A DNA stretch of 64,000 nt from an uncultured Actinomycetes bacterium (GCA_963781425.1 CAWAGX010000011.1:10476-74475); one strand, 5' to 3'; positions 1 through 11,042 are shown, counted from the first letter of the stretch. Notes: a model not told the origin generated them from the letters alone. A program made the numbers and translations.

Positions 1-723
1 GCCTGGGACGGCACCCACTTCGTGTTGTTCGGCGGCGCCGACGTAAGCGGGGGCGGCGCGGCTGTCGACGATACGTGGATCTTCGACGGCGTCGCCTGGA
101 CCAAGGCGTGCGGCAGCTCGAATGGTGGAACCGCGTGTGGGCCGCCCGGCCGCGGGTTCGGCGCGTTCAGCTACGCACCCCATACCAACAAGGCGCTCCA
201 AGGCGCGGTCCTCCTGGTCGGCGGAGACCTGTTCGCCAGCAGCGGCAGCGCCACCGCGTATCGCGACGCCTGGCTGTGGCGCGACGCCCGCTGGACAAGG
301 CTTTCACCGCCCTGGCATGGGCCGCCAGTGTCATGGCCGAACGCCGGGTTTCCGCCCGCGGGACCGGCTCCGCTCCTCGGGCTCGCCGCGCCACGCGCCG
401 CGCAATGCCAGATCCTTTTCCTTGGCCAGTCGGTTGCGACAAGCGGCGCCAACCCTGACGTCCGTTCTCACAGCTACATCGGCGGTCGTGACCTCACCGG
501 CGACGCGCGGCCCGACAGCTGTGTCGCCGCAATCCCGACCGCAACACCGCCTCCGCAGTCGGACGTGGCCACACCGCTGCCTGCGGCCGAACTTCCCCGG
601 ACTGGGACCACAACACTCCCGCTCCTCGCGCTCGGCGTCACGACGCTCAGTACCGGCCTACTCATCGTCGCCCGGCGACGAGTCCAAACACCCGCAGCGG
701 AACACTCTGTGACAAACGAGTAG
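1..723 (+). CDS. Kelch-like beta-propeller surface protein, C-terminal part, LPXTG sortase-anchored (5-prime end outside window)
   Basis: Frame 1 is open from base 1. It carries Kelch-like units (DDTWIFDGVAW, DAWLWRDARW, GG doublets). The C-terminus has LPRTG (nt 592-606), a hydrophobic stretch and RRR, which together form a sortase sorting signal. Confidence 0.6.
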   Translation, partial: AWDGTHFVLFGGADVSGGGAAVDDTWIFDGVAWTKACGSSNGGTACGPPGRGFGAFSYAPHTNKALQGAVLLVGGDLFASSGSATAYRDAWLWRDARWTRLSPPWHGPPVSWPNAGFPPAGPAPLLGLAAPRAAQCQILFLGQSVATSGANPDVRSHSYIGGRDLTGDARPDSCVAAIPTATPPPQSDVATPLPAAELPRTGTTTLPLLALGVTTLSTGLLIVARRRVQTPAAEHSVTNE

Positions 724-1037
724 CTGCCGCAACAGAACCGCGCCTGACCAAATGGGCGTAAAGCCTGCCCGCTGCAGCCGGGCGCTGCCTTCGCTATGAC
801 ATTCGCGCCCCCAGTCCATCGCTCCGGACGGCGGACCGACCTTGACCCGCTCGCGTTCAGTGGACGCCGCAGTAGTAGTCGCAGCCGCTCCGATGTCAAA
901 ACGACGCACGGCACCGGGTCACCTTCGTGGCGTGACTCGCGGCCGCGGCAGCCGCCGGGGTTCGTCATCCTCGGTGCATCTCGCGACCGTCCCGTCGGCA
1001 TGAAGGATCAGTCCGGCGCGACAGTTCCCCACGTCGT

Positions 1038-1562
1038 CTAGCGCGGGTACCGCTGTGATGCGTGGGCGGTGCGCCAATCTGCCGTCTTGAGTTTGAGCCT
1101 CCGCGCAGCGTTCACCCGCGCGGTACGGAGCGTCGACGCGCTTGGCGACGACCCCCTTCGACGTCGTGGCCCGCGCACGCTTTGAGGACGTCGCCGACGA
1201 GCCGCGCAACCGGCGCACGGCATACCAGGCCGAGACGTTGTCGAGCTCGAGCCCGTCGAGCAGCGCGCGCCGCTCCGAATAGGCCGGTCGATGATGGGCG
1301 CGTCGAAAGCGAGCACGTCGACGCAACGAAAGGCAGTGGCACGCGCCCCTTGCGCGCCGCGACGCCGGGGAGGACGCCATAGAAGTCGTTCGCGCGCCTT
1401 GGCCGGCGACGGCTCGCCGTCGAGCGCGACCGGAACATCCACTGCGTCGGCAAGCGGTGCGAGCTCGGGCAACCTTTCGGTCACGTGGCCACGCCGTGTC
1501 CACACGCGGAACTCGCTCTCGATCGCGACGATGACTCGCCACCCGTCGAACTTCGGTTCCAT
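1038..1562 (-). pseudogene. ATP-dependent DNA ligase adenylation-domain remnant, multiply frameshifted and truncated
   Basis: The ORF begins MEPKFDGWR (ligase motif I, KxDG). Further ligase-like pieces (FDVLAFDAPIIDRP, GVVAKRVDAPYRAGER, LKLKTADW) lie in three different minus-strand frames. No OB-fold portion is present. Confidence 0.5.
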
Positions 1563-1776
1563 GACCCACCGGCCGACGAGCGAGCGGGGTGCGACACCTT
1601 TGCCGCCGGGCGAGCGCGCCCCGAGTCGTCGTGCTGGGCACCCGGCTTGCTCGAGCTATATCGCCGTGAAGGACGAACCCCTCACCCGTCGCGGCACCTC
1701 AAAGACGTTCCATCGAGACGTGAACAACTACTCGAGAGTTGTCAGGTCGGCGGTCGGGCCGGCCGATGTCAACTTC

Positions 1777-3414
1777 GTGAGCAGACGCGCAGCGAGGCTT
1801 CGCGCGCCGGAGCCTGACACCGCCGGATTCGACGACACCGACCGGTCCTCTGCGGGCAACCTCACTCGCAATACCACTGCTGGGCAGGACGGCCCGGCGG
1901 GCTCCGGCACGGGCCATGACGCTGTCCGGGCCACCCGGCGCCGTTACGCGAGTGGCTGGCTCGGCCGCTATATCGGATTGCTCATCGCAGGCATCGCCGT
2001 CGGCGGAGCTCTGCTGCTGTGGTTCGTGGTGTCGGCACGCTCGCCTTCTGTGAATCAGTCCCCGAAGTCGTCGGCGGTATTCGGCGCATGGCACATCTTC
2101 TACGACACCCAGGCGCCCGCCATCACCATTGTGATCGGTGCGATTGGTCTCGGTGTGATCTTCGCCGCCGGCGTGGCCCTCATCGAACGGCTTGTCATGG
2201 ACCGATCGCGACGCTCAACCGATGCGGAGGTGAAGCTGCTCGCCCCCAAGCTCGTGATGGCCGAGACCCGTGGCGGGTTCGGCGGGCCCGTCACGGTCAC
2301 CGTCGTCATCCCGGCCCACAACGAGGCGGCCTCCATCGGAGCGACGCTTGACTCGCTCGGTGCCCAGGATCGTGCGCCGAACCGTGTCATCGTCGTTGCT
2401 GACAACTGCACCGATGCGACCGAAGCCGTAGCGCGAGCGCACCGGGCGGAGGTATTTGTCTCCGTGGGCAACACCCAGAAGAAGGCGGGGGCACTCAACC
2501 AGGCGTTCAGCGGACTGCTCGACGGACTCGGAGACAACGACGTCGTAATGTGCATGGACGCCGACACCGTGCTCGACGACGGCTTCCTCGCCGCAGGCGT
2601 CCAGCGCTTCACCAGCGATCGCGCCCTGATGGCAATCGGCGGCCTCTTCTACGGCGAAGCAGGCCACGGCATACTCGGCCAGCTCCAACGAAACGAGTAT
2701 GTGCGGTACTCACGGGAGATCCGGCGCCGGCGCGGGCGCGTGTTCGTGCTGACCGGCACAGCATCGATGTTTCGAGCCCGGGCGCTACGAACCGTCGCCG
2801 AGAGCAGAGGACGCCTGCTGCCAGGCGTTCACGGCGATGTGTACGACACGGCCGCGCTCACTGAGGACAATGAGCTGACCCTGGCGATCAAGTCGCTCGG
2901 AGGCCTCATGGCGTCCCCCGATGGCTGCCGGGTGGTCACCGAGCTCATGCCCACATGGCGCAACCTGTGGACCCAGCGGCTCCGTTGGCAGCGGGGAGCC
3001 CTGGAGAACCTTGGCGCCTACGGACCGGCTCCCACGGTGCTTCGCTATTGGGCCCAACAGATCGGCATCGGCTACTCGGTCATCGCACTCAGTTCATTCT
3101 GGCTGCTCATCATCGTCACCGCCCTCGCCACGGACCGGTGGGTGTGGTTCCCGTTCTGGCTCGGCGTGGGAGGCCTGTTCGTTGCCGATCGGGTCGTCAG
3201 CGCCTGGAGCGGCGGATGGAAGGCACGTCTGCTCGCGGTGCTGCTGGTCCCCGAGCTCCTCTACGACATGTACCTCGACGTCGTCTACGTGAAGGGCATC
3301 GTCGACATCACCTTCGCGTGGAACGCCATGTGGGGTCATGTGGACCACGCACCGCAACCCACCACTGCGACCAACCGGACCCAACAGCTCGATACCGCGG
3401 AGGTGACCACGTGA
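1777..3414 (+). CDS. Family 2 glycosyltransferase, membrane-embedded processive synthase type (PNAG/cellulose-synthase-like)
   Basis: Motifs VVIPAHNEAASI, ADNCTDAT, DADTVLDDGF, LTEDNELT and QRLRWQRGALE (QxxRW), with flanking TM segments. The longest ORF starts at 1291 but overlaps the ligase remnant and a lower-GC stretch. GTG 1777 is the first plausible start, and the start remains uncertain. Confidence 0.8.
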   Translation: MSRRAARLRAPEPDTAGFDDTDRSSAGNLTRNTTAGQDGPAGSGTGHDAVRATRRRYASGWLGRYIGLLIAGIAVGGALLLWFVVSARSPSVNQSPKSSAVFGAWHIFYDTQAPAITIVIGAIGLGVIFAAGVALIERLVMDRSRRSTDAEVKLLAPKLVMAETRGGFGGPVTVTVVIPAHNEAASIGATLDSLGAQDRAPNRVIVVADNCTDATEAVARAHRAEVFVSVGNTQKKAGALNQAFSGLLDGLGDNDVVMCMDADTVLDDGFLAAGVQRFTSDRALMAIGGLFYGEAGHGILGQLQRNEYVRYSREIRRRRGRVFVLTGTASMFRARALRTVAESRGRLLPGVHGDVYDTAALTEDNELTLAIKSLGGLMASPDGCRVVTELMPTWRNLWTQRLRWQRGALENLGAYGPAPTVLRYWAQQIGIGYSVIALSSFWLLIIVTALATDRWVWFPFWLGVGGLFVADRVVSAWSGGWKARLLAVLLVPELLYDMYLDVVYVKGIVDITFAWNAMWGHVDHAPQPTTATNRTQQLDTAEVTT

Positions 3415-3641
3415 CCGGCATCAGGCTCCTCGCCGGCATCGTGCTGCCGCAGAGCACCATGCACACCGCATGGTTCGACGTGCTGAGCGTGTTCGTGGCC
3501 GTCAACACGGTCCTGTACCTGACCCTGGCGATCATCAAGCTCCTCCCGAAGGCCTACCTGAGCGACTGGGTCGACCAACGCAACCGACGTGCCGAGAGCC
3601 GCAGCATCTACCCCGACAACGAGGGCGGCGCTCAGCTCTAA
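3411..3641 (+). CDS. Small membrane protein translationally coupled to the GT2 gene
   Basis: GTG 3411 overlaps the GT2 stop (GTGA). The product is 76 aa with one strong hydrophobic helix (FDVLSVFVAVNTVLYLTLAIIKLL). Confidence 0.5.
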   Translation: MTGIRLLAGIVLPQSTMHTAWFDVLSVFVAVNTVLYLTLAIIKLLPKAYLSDWVDQRNRRAESRSIYPDNEGGAQL

Positions 3642-3715
3642 AGCCGCCTCCGACAGCCCTCAGCCCGACGTCGAAGCCGATCTGGAAGCTTTCCGCTCGA
3701 GGCTCGTTCGGTCCT

Positions 3716-4590
3716 TCAGCGCACCACAGTGAACAACTGCCATGCGCCGGGCACGCCCTTGAGCGGGTGCTCACCCCGATCGTTGAAACCGATTCCCGAT
3801 CCAGTCACCAAGTCGGTCACCGTTCGCGATACCCAAACCTCGCCCGGCTGCGCACACCCCTGGACTCTGGCCGCGATATGCACGCCGATCCCCGCGACGT
3901 CATCCCCGCGTCGCTCGACTTCACCGGTGTGCACACCGACGCGCATTTCCATGCCGAGCTGGCGCGCGCCATCACAGATCGCAAGCCCACATTGAATCGC
4001 GCGCGCCGGACTGTCGAACGTTGCAAGGATGCCATCACCCGTGGTCTTGACCTGCCGACCGCCGAAACGATGTACCTGACGCGCAGCCATCCGGTCGTGG
4101 CTATCGAGCAGCTCACGCCAGCGACGGTCCCCGAGGCCGGCCGCCCGCGTTGTCGAGTTCGACGATGTCACTGAACAGAATCGTCGCCAACATCCGCTCG
4201 GTGTTGATGTCCCTCTCGTTCCGGTCAGGAACTCCTGCAGCTCCTCGAACGCATCAGTGTCACCGACAAAGGGAAGATGATCCGCACCGGGCAGTTCGAT
4301 GAGCTTGGCTCCGAGGATGTGTTCGGCGAAATACCGACCATGACCGACTGGGATTAGCGCATTGTCCAAATCGATGCAGCACCATCGCCGGACTGTCGAT
4401 CAGCGGCACGACCGCGCGGACATCTGCAGCGCTCCCCAAAAACATTGCTGCCCTGGCAATCGACGGACTGGCGCCCCGCTCGCCCGCACGCTTCCACCAG
4501 GATCGAAACTCGACACATGACGATCCCCGCTCTTGGCGTACTGAATCTCCCCGACTTCCACACGGGGCAGCCTACGAGCCTCCACCGCGA
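3716..4590 (-). CDS. Alpha/beta-hydrolase-fold plus class III adenylate/guanylate cyclase fusion, frame-disrupted
   Basis: The C-terminal domain has cyclase motifs VKTTGDGILATFDSP, RVGVHTGEVE and GIGVHIAARV. Upstream pieces (IQYAKSGD, ELPGADHLPFVG) are hydrolase-like but sit in other frames. The LFSDIV / STTRAAGLGDRRW junction is split by an indel. Confidence 0.65.
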
Positions 4591-4949
4591 AGCAGCCACG
4601 TCCGTCGACTCGCGCGGTCCGGGATACGGGACTGCTCCCCGAGTCCGCGAAGACACCACCGATGAGCCTTGACGCGTTCGTGCCTATCCGCCAGCGGCAA
4701 ACGGGACGTTGGCGCGACTCACGACAATATGGCCACTCGTTCGGTCGCGGTTCATCTGCCCAAACATCTGTCCGTATAGCGCTCGTGCGCTCAACATGAA
4801 GGAAGTGATCGCCAAGCGTCCGGGCCTTTTCGATCCTCGACGATGGAGCAGGCTCGCCTTTCGCACCTCAGCGCACGAGGCGTACCGTGCGTGCGGCAAG
4901 CGTCCCCTCGCCGGGGGTAGGAAGCGCGTCGCGTAGCAAGGAGAGTTCG

Positions 4950-6985
4950 GTGTCGAGACCACTGGTCGTGGATCTCCGGGACGAGGCAGCGCTCGACCCC
5001 AGATTGACGGGCGGGAAGTCGGCGGCGCTGGCGCGAGCGTCAAACGCCGGTATCGGGACGCTCCCGGGCGTGGTGCTGACGACCGCGTTCTCCGACGCGG
5101 CGGACGAGGGCGCGGACGTCGAAGCACATCCGGCCGTCAAGGAGGCGTTCGCGCGGGCCGCCAGCGACGGCCGTGCGCTCGTTGCAAGAAGCTCGTCGGT
5201 GGTCGAGGACACCGCGGACTCCTCAATGGCCGGGCAGTTCGATTCGGTCATCGGGATTCGTGGCTTCGACGCCTTCACGGTCGCAGTGAAGCAGGTGCTC
5301 GACTCGCGCGTGCGCGCGGCGCCGAGAACGAGCCCATCGCGGTCCTGATCCAACCTTTGCTCGAGCCCACGTTCGGCGGGGTCATGTTCGGCGGCGATCC
5401 GGTCACCGGTCGGTCGGACTGTCGTGTCATCTCCGCGGTGCACGGCGCGCCGGAGAAGCTCGTGAGTGGAGAGGTCCGCGGTTCCCGCTACGTGCTGACT
5501 GCGAGTGCGAAGGTGCTCGACTTCGAGGCGAACGACGGACCGACACTGGGACGCCCCCACCTTCGGCGACTCGTCGCGTCTCGAGCTCGGTCGCTTTGGT
5601 GTTCGGCGGACCGCAGGACATCGAGTGGGCGCTCGCGGAGGATGGCACGCTGTGGCTGCTCCAATCACGACCGCTGACCACCGAGCTGCGCGGCACACCG
5701 CGCGGGCCCATCTATGGTCCGGGCCCGGTCGCGGAAACGTTCCCCGAGCCCCTGACGGAGCTCGAGTACGACCTCTGGGTGCCGCCGTTGCGTGATGCTG
5801 TGCGCGAAGCGGTATTGCTCTCCGGAGCGGCGACGCACGCGGAGATCGACGCCAGCGAGATCGTGATCGCCGTCGACGGCCACGTCGCCATCGATCTTCG
5901 ACTCGCGGGAGAGGTCTCGCCGAAGCACGGGCTCCTCCAGAAACTGAACCCGATCCCCGCCGCGCACCGGCTGCGCGGAGCATGGCGCGTCGGCCGGTTG
6001 CGCGCGGCGTTGCCCCGCTTGGCCGAGCACCTCCTCGACCGCGTGGATGCCGACCTCGAGGCGGTGCCTGCCCTCTCCGATCTCACGAGCCGCCAGCTCA
6101 TCGCGCTGTTGCATCGCAGCCGGGCGATCCTGCGTGCGTTGCACGCGCACGAGATCCTCATGGGCATGCTCACCGACACGGGCCGCAACCGCATGACCGG
6201 TGCGTCGGTGGCGCTGCGAGTGCTTGTCGAAGCACGTCAGGACGGCCTGAGCGACGCCGACATCCTCTCGCGAAGTCCCGTTGTGCTCGCGCTGACGCCG
6301 CCGCGGGTGGCGCCTGCGCCGGTGCTGCCTGCCGATGCGTCCGCGATCCATCTCGGCCGTGACGAGGACAGCGGCAACGACAACGGCATCTTGCGTGAGG
6401 CGCTCCGGCTTCGGGTGCGGTGGATGCAGGAGGTTTCCGGCCGGGCCGCGTGGGAGCTCGGTAACAGACTCACGTTGGCCGACCAGCTGACCGAGCCCGA
6501 GCTGATCCGGCACATGACACTCGAACATGTCGAGGCGGTCGCGACCAAGCGCGCGGTCGTCATTCCCGCCCTCGTGGCGACCCACTTCCACGAGTTCGGA
6601 TCCCCGCTCCCCGCGGCGTTCCAGATCTCCGACCGCGGCAAGGTGATCCGCGCGCAGACTGCGCGGCGAGGTTGGTGGAGGCACAGGCGCGGGCGGTGGC
6701 GTCGCCAGTGGACCGGTCACCTACGACACCGAGAATCCGCCGGCAGGTTCGGTGCTCGTCACCACGACACTGCAACCGGGGCTCGCTCCCCTGCTCACCC
6801 GGCTCAACGGCATCGTCGCAGAAACCGGTTCCGTCCTGTCGCACCTCGCGATCCTTGCCAGGGAGGCGCGTATCGCGACGGTGGTGGGTTACGCAGGCGC
6901 ATTGGACGACTTGCCCGAGGGTGCTGTTGTGCACGTCGACGGCGAGAGTGGACAGGTCACCATCCAAGAAGAGGGGACATCATGA
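4950..6985 (+). CDS. PEP-utilising phosphotransferase (PPDK_N-type ATP-grasp plus C-terminal swivel His domain), about 3 frame breaks
   Basis: GTG 4950 lies 5 nt after AAGGAG. N-terminal motifs are GGKSAALA, ARSSSVVEDTADSSMAGQFDS and GPQDIEWALAEDGTLWLLQSRP. The C-terminus reads GIVAETGSVLSHLAILAREARIATVVG (phospho-His mobile domain). Frame switches occur near 5350, 5600 and 6660. Confidence 0.7.
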
Positions 6986-7500
6986 AGGTCATCGCGTGGC
7001 TCGCCGGGATCAGCACTCTGTTGACAGGTGCGCTCTACATGATCGTCTCACTCAACCGTTGGGAGTGGACCCGCGCGCTGTTCTTCGGTCTCATCGTCTT
7101 GATCGCCGAGGTTGGGCTCGCGACCGGAGTCGTGTTGCGGCGGCTCACTCGCCTCGAACACTCACGAACTGTCGACCGGGCGATCGCCGAGATCCTCCGG
7201 GAGACGCGTCCCACGCGCGACCGGTTCGCCTGGCTCAAGCGGTCGGCCGAGCAGTCGAACGTGTTCATCACGTTCCTCGTCGGCGGAGGCGTGTTGCTCT
7301 CCGGGATCGCGTGGGTCGTCGATCGGGTTGCGGCAAAGACGTCGTCACCCGCGGGCGAGCAACGGCTGGCGAGCGATCTCGCCCCGATCAGCTACCCGCC
7401 CGGGGGCTTGCTGCTCGACGACATCACGGTGCTCGCGCAGGACGTGCCCGGTGCCGATGACGTACAGATTCGCAAGCTGTTGCGCCGCGCCGGTCACTGA
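6982..7500 (+). CDS. Membrane protein (about 3 TM helices), coupled to the PEP-utilising enzyme gene
   Basis: ATG 6982 overlaps the upstream TGA (ATGA). Hydrophobic helices are VIAWLAGISTLLTGALYMIVSL, ALFFGLIVLIAEVGLATGVVL and VFITFLVGGGVLLSGIAWVV. Confidence 0.55.
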   Translation: MKVIAWLAGISTLLTGALYMIVSLNRWEWTRALFFGLIVLIAEVGLATGVVLRRLTRLEHSRTVDRAIAEILRETRPTRDRFAWLKRSAEQSNVFITFLVGGGVLLSGIAWVVDRVAAKTSSPAGEQRLASDLAPISYPPGGLLLDDITVLAQDVPGADDVQIRKLLRRAGH

Positions 7501-7502
7501 GC

Positions 7503-7901
7503 ATGCGCGTCGAGATCAAGCTCCTCCTCGCCGGGGTCGGTATCGCGATCGGCGTGGCCGCGGTGGTGGCGTTGCGCGAAGCCACGCTGTCGACCCATGA
7601 GCCCGTCGCTCCCGACTCACAGATCGAGGTCGTGGTGAAGGGGCGGTCGAAGGGCGGCGAGGCAGGTCAGACCGTCGAGGAGATGGTGCAGGCGCAGCTG
7701 CTTGCCTGCCGTCTCGAAGTGAGCTCGGACCTACTCGGTCCGATCGAACCCCAGGGGAACAACCGCTTTCGCGCCGTCCTCACGCCGTCGATGGACGAAA
7801 CGAATCGCAGACAGTTTCGTGGCTGTCTCGAAGACTGGCGTATCGACCAGTTCCAACTCGACGTCATTCGACTCGGGGACGGCCCCGACAACGACGATTG
7901 A
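7503..7901 (+). CDS. Hypothetical protein with N-terminal TM anchor
   Basis: It starts 3 nt after the previous stop. It has an N-terminal helix LLLAGVGIAIGVAAVVAL and then a soluble domain of about 100 aa. I recognise no family. Confidence 0.5.
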   Translation: MRVEIKLLLAGVGIAIGVAAVVALREATLSTHEPVAPDSQIEVVVKGRSKGGEAGQTVEEMVQAQLLACRLEVSSDLLGPIEPQGNNRFRAVLTPSMDETNRRQFRGCLEDWRIDQFQLDVIRLGDGPDNDD

Positions 7902-8593
7902 ACGACGGGTCGGCCTGATCGGGACTACTGCCACCGCGGCGCCCGAACGAATGCGCGGTCTCGACAAACTGCTCCGCCACCGCGACGCCGATGATGGCGA
8001 GAAGCAGACTGCCGACGACATCAGAAGGCCAATGCACCCCGAGCACCACGCGACTGGCCGCGACGAGCACCGCGAGTGCCCACACTCCGATCGAGATGCT
8101 CCACCACACCACTCGGCGTTTCGTATACAGCGCGGCGACGAGCGGGAGCAGGCCCCAACTCGCCGCGGTCGCGAGCGGATGGCCGCTCGGAAACGACGGT
8201 CCGGTACCGCGGACGAGGCGCTCGCCGGTTGGACGCTCACGGTTGACGAGCTCCTTGATCGCCCATTCTGCGAGTGGTCGTGCCAAGGCGATTACTACGA
8301 TCGCAATCGCGAGGCGCGGACATCGCCGCCACGCGAGGAGCGCGGCGAGCGCCGCGACGGTCAGGACGACGGGGGTCGAGCCGAGAAATGACACGCGTCG
8401 CGTGCAGCGACTCGAGCCATGGCGTGCGCGCATCGACCACGGCTCGGAGAATCGGCGCGTCCCACGGGAGCGCGTCGAACGCGGCGCCGACCGCGAGCAA
8501 CGCGAACAGCACCGCGGTCACGGGCAGGATCCACAGGTGCCGGGCGCGTAGTCGCCCCAGCGTCATCGGTGGATGTTGATGGAGGTCGATCAA
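7864..8593 (-). CDS. PAP2-family (acid/lipid phosphate) phosphatase, one frame break
   Basis: PAP2 motifs KELVNRERP, PSGH and SRVVLGVHWPSD. The N-terminal TM part (ORF 8237-8593) is in another frame, with the break near 8400. Confidence 0.7.
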
Positions 8594-8743
8594 GGCGACG
8601 AACCGCTGCTCGGCGGAGGTGGCTGTCCGAGGCTACCGGCGGATCACAAGATGCGCGTCGCGTGAGACCTCAGTGCCTTTTCCCCGAACGCGCGGACGCT
8701 TCTAGGCTCCCGTGGGAGGTCATCCAACCTTCGGGAGCGATAG

Positions 8744-9870
8744 GTGAACGAGGTATCGCGACGGCACTTCCTTTCGATGAGTGGACGCGCGACGGCGTTC
8801 GCCGCGGTCGCGGGCACCGCCGCAGGGTCCGCGCTGCTCACGGCATGTGATCCGGGCGCGCTCCGTCCGCCCGACGCGAATGGCTTGCGACTCCTGAAGG
8901 GTTTCGTCGCGGAAGATCGCGACCACCGGCCTGCAGGTCGCCGCCACCGGGTATGTCTGGCATGCCGCACCCGATGGCGGCGCATGCTTCCCGCTCCCCG
9001 ACGGTGGATGGTCGTACGTCAGCAACAGCGAGGCGGCTCCCGGTGGCGCGAGCTACGTCCGCTTTGCTGCCAATGGCCGCATCGTCGGTGCCGGTCGATG
9101 CCTGACCGGCACGATCATCAACTGCGCCGGTGGTGCGACGCCGTGGGGCACCTGGTTGAGCTGCGAGGAATTCGGCGGTGGACGCGTCTGGGAATGTGAT
9201 CCCATCGGCGCGAGCATCCCCGTGGTCCGGCCCTTGCTCGGGGTGTTCAGCCACGAAGCCGTGGCCGCCGACGTCGCCAATCATTGCCTCTACCTCACCG
9301 AGGACCGGCCCGACGGCGCGTTCGTACCGATTCCTCCCGACCACGTGGGGAAATCTCGGATCCGGCGAATTGCAGGTTCTCACCGAGACGTCCGGGACGT
9401 TGACGTGGGCGAAGGTGCCCGACCACTTGGGCGTTCCGACGGCAACCCGGAATCAGGTCGTCAACACGAAACGATTCAACGGCGGCGAAGGCACCGCGAT
9501 GAGCCGAGGGCGTCTCGTGTTCACCACGAAAGGCGACAATCGCGTGTGGGCGTACGACCCCGCTACCAACGTGCTGTCCGTCATCTACGACGACGACGTG
9601 CAGGTCAACGGGGTGCTGTCCGGCGTGGACAACGTCGGCGTCGACCGCGGCGGAGCGATCTGGGTCGCCGAAGACGGCGGCAACATGCAGGTCGTCCTCG
9701 TGCGCAACAACGGAAAGACGTTTCCCGTCGTCGAGGCCTCGGGCATCGCCGACTCCGAGATCACCGGGCCCGCCTTCGACCCCTCCGGCACAAGGCTGTA
9801 CTTCAGCTCGCAGCGCAATCCCGGCGTGACCTTCGAGGTCAGCGGCCCCTGGTCACGATTCACGAACTGA
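8744..9870 (+). CDS. Tat-signal secreted DUF839/PhoX-like beta-propeller protein, frame-disrupted
   Basis: The N-terminus SRRHFLSMSGRATAFAAVAG is a twin-arginine signal. INCAGGATPWGTWLSCEE, LYLTEDRPDG and ITGPAFDPSGTRLYFSSQ are typical of DUF839/PhoX. The pieces are spread over at least 3 frames. Confidence 0.65.
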
Positions 9871-9933
9871 CTTCATCGGGCTCCCACGGGATGCGCTGCG
9901 CACCGGGTCGCCTTCGTGGCGTATCACGAGCGG

Positions 9934-10818
9934 CTAGTTGTTTTTGCGAAGGGTGTGCGGCTGGACGTGTTCGGAGACGACACGATTGAGGAAGTACGCC
10001 TGCGGAATGTCCTCGGACGCGAACGGGTGAGCGGTGCCCTTCGAGAAGTGCACCCAGAAGCTTGTCCCGTCGTACTTGATGTCGAGATCGGTCGCGCGCA
10101 TTGCTCAAGGAGGTGGTGCAACACCGACCTCCCGACGACGAGGTTGAACACCTCCGACCGAAAGTGTGGCGCGTTCGCATCACACGCGGCCATCAACGCT
10201 GGAGTCGAGTAGCGCGCAACCCGAGAAGTCAACGAGGGCAAAAACTCTAGGGACACATCATTGGTGGTCAGGCGCTGGACAGCTCCCGCTTGGAGGAACC
10301 CCCGAGTCAGCGCGCCACTCCCGGCACCTATTTCGAGGGCGTGCTCGGGCGTGTTGCCGAACTGATCGATGATCGTCTTCCATTCCGTTCCGGTCTGCCG
10401 GATCACTGACTCGTCGATTCCCATGTACGCGCTGTAATCGTGGATCTGATCCAACGTGGTCCCGACAGTGGAGTCATCGAGCAGCACAGGTATGCCATCA
10501 ACAACGGGGAAATGGCGATCGCAGGACGTACATGACAAGCGATCCCTTCGAGAGGGCAAACCGTGCACCGCACGCACTGCAAGCCAATACGTCGGTCAGG
10601 TACCGTAGCTCCAACTCAGATTCCTCCAGTGCCGCTGGCCGCCAACTTCGGTCGCAACGGATGAGTCTGCGACACCGCACGACCTGACGATCAACGGTAG
10701 GTAGCCACCCCCCGCACATCTTGCTCGCTCGGTAGCCGACCTGCACGCGCGCGAACTTGCAGACCGCGAGCTCCGGTGGCGCGAGCAGAGCAGCGCGGTG
10801 ACTCGCGCAACGTTGCAT
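9934..10818 (-). CDS. Trm112-like zinc-ribbon plus class I SAM-dependent methyltransferase, frame-disrupted; start uncertain
   Basis: LACSACGAR...LSCTSCDRHFPVVDGIPVLLDD is a Trm112-type ribbon, and LEIGAGSGALT is SAM motif I. The C-terminal 55 aa (DIKYDGTSFWVHFSKG...RKNN stop at 9934) are in a different frame from ORF 9924-10577. Confidence 0.55.
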
Positions 10819-11042
10819 GACACGGCAGTAGCATCCGCGGACGCATGACTACGATTACCGGGATCTTCGTCTCTGCGGTTTACTGCCGACTGTCACAAGA
10901 CCGCTGCGGGACCACGTCGCGCGCCGCACGGCGTTCGATCGGGTGAGGCGCTGGAATCGGCAGTCCGCGGCGACCGGCCAGGGTGCGCGGCGCCCCGAGC
11001 CCTCGCAGACCGACCTCGACCGCGGCCCTTCTCGCGCGGCTG

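Noticed and set aside
10596-10823. Separate small Cys-rich ORFs upstream of the methyltransferase (ORFs 10498-10818 and 10596-10823).
   Set aside because: Their translations are Arg/Cys-rich without clear motifs. They are most simply explained as the frame-shifted or non-coding 5-prime region of the Trm112-methyltransferase gene.
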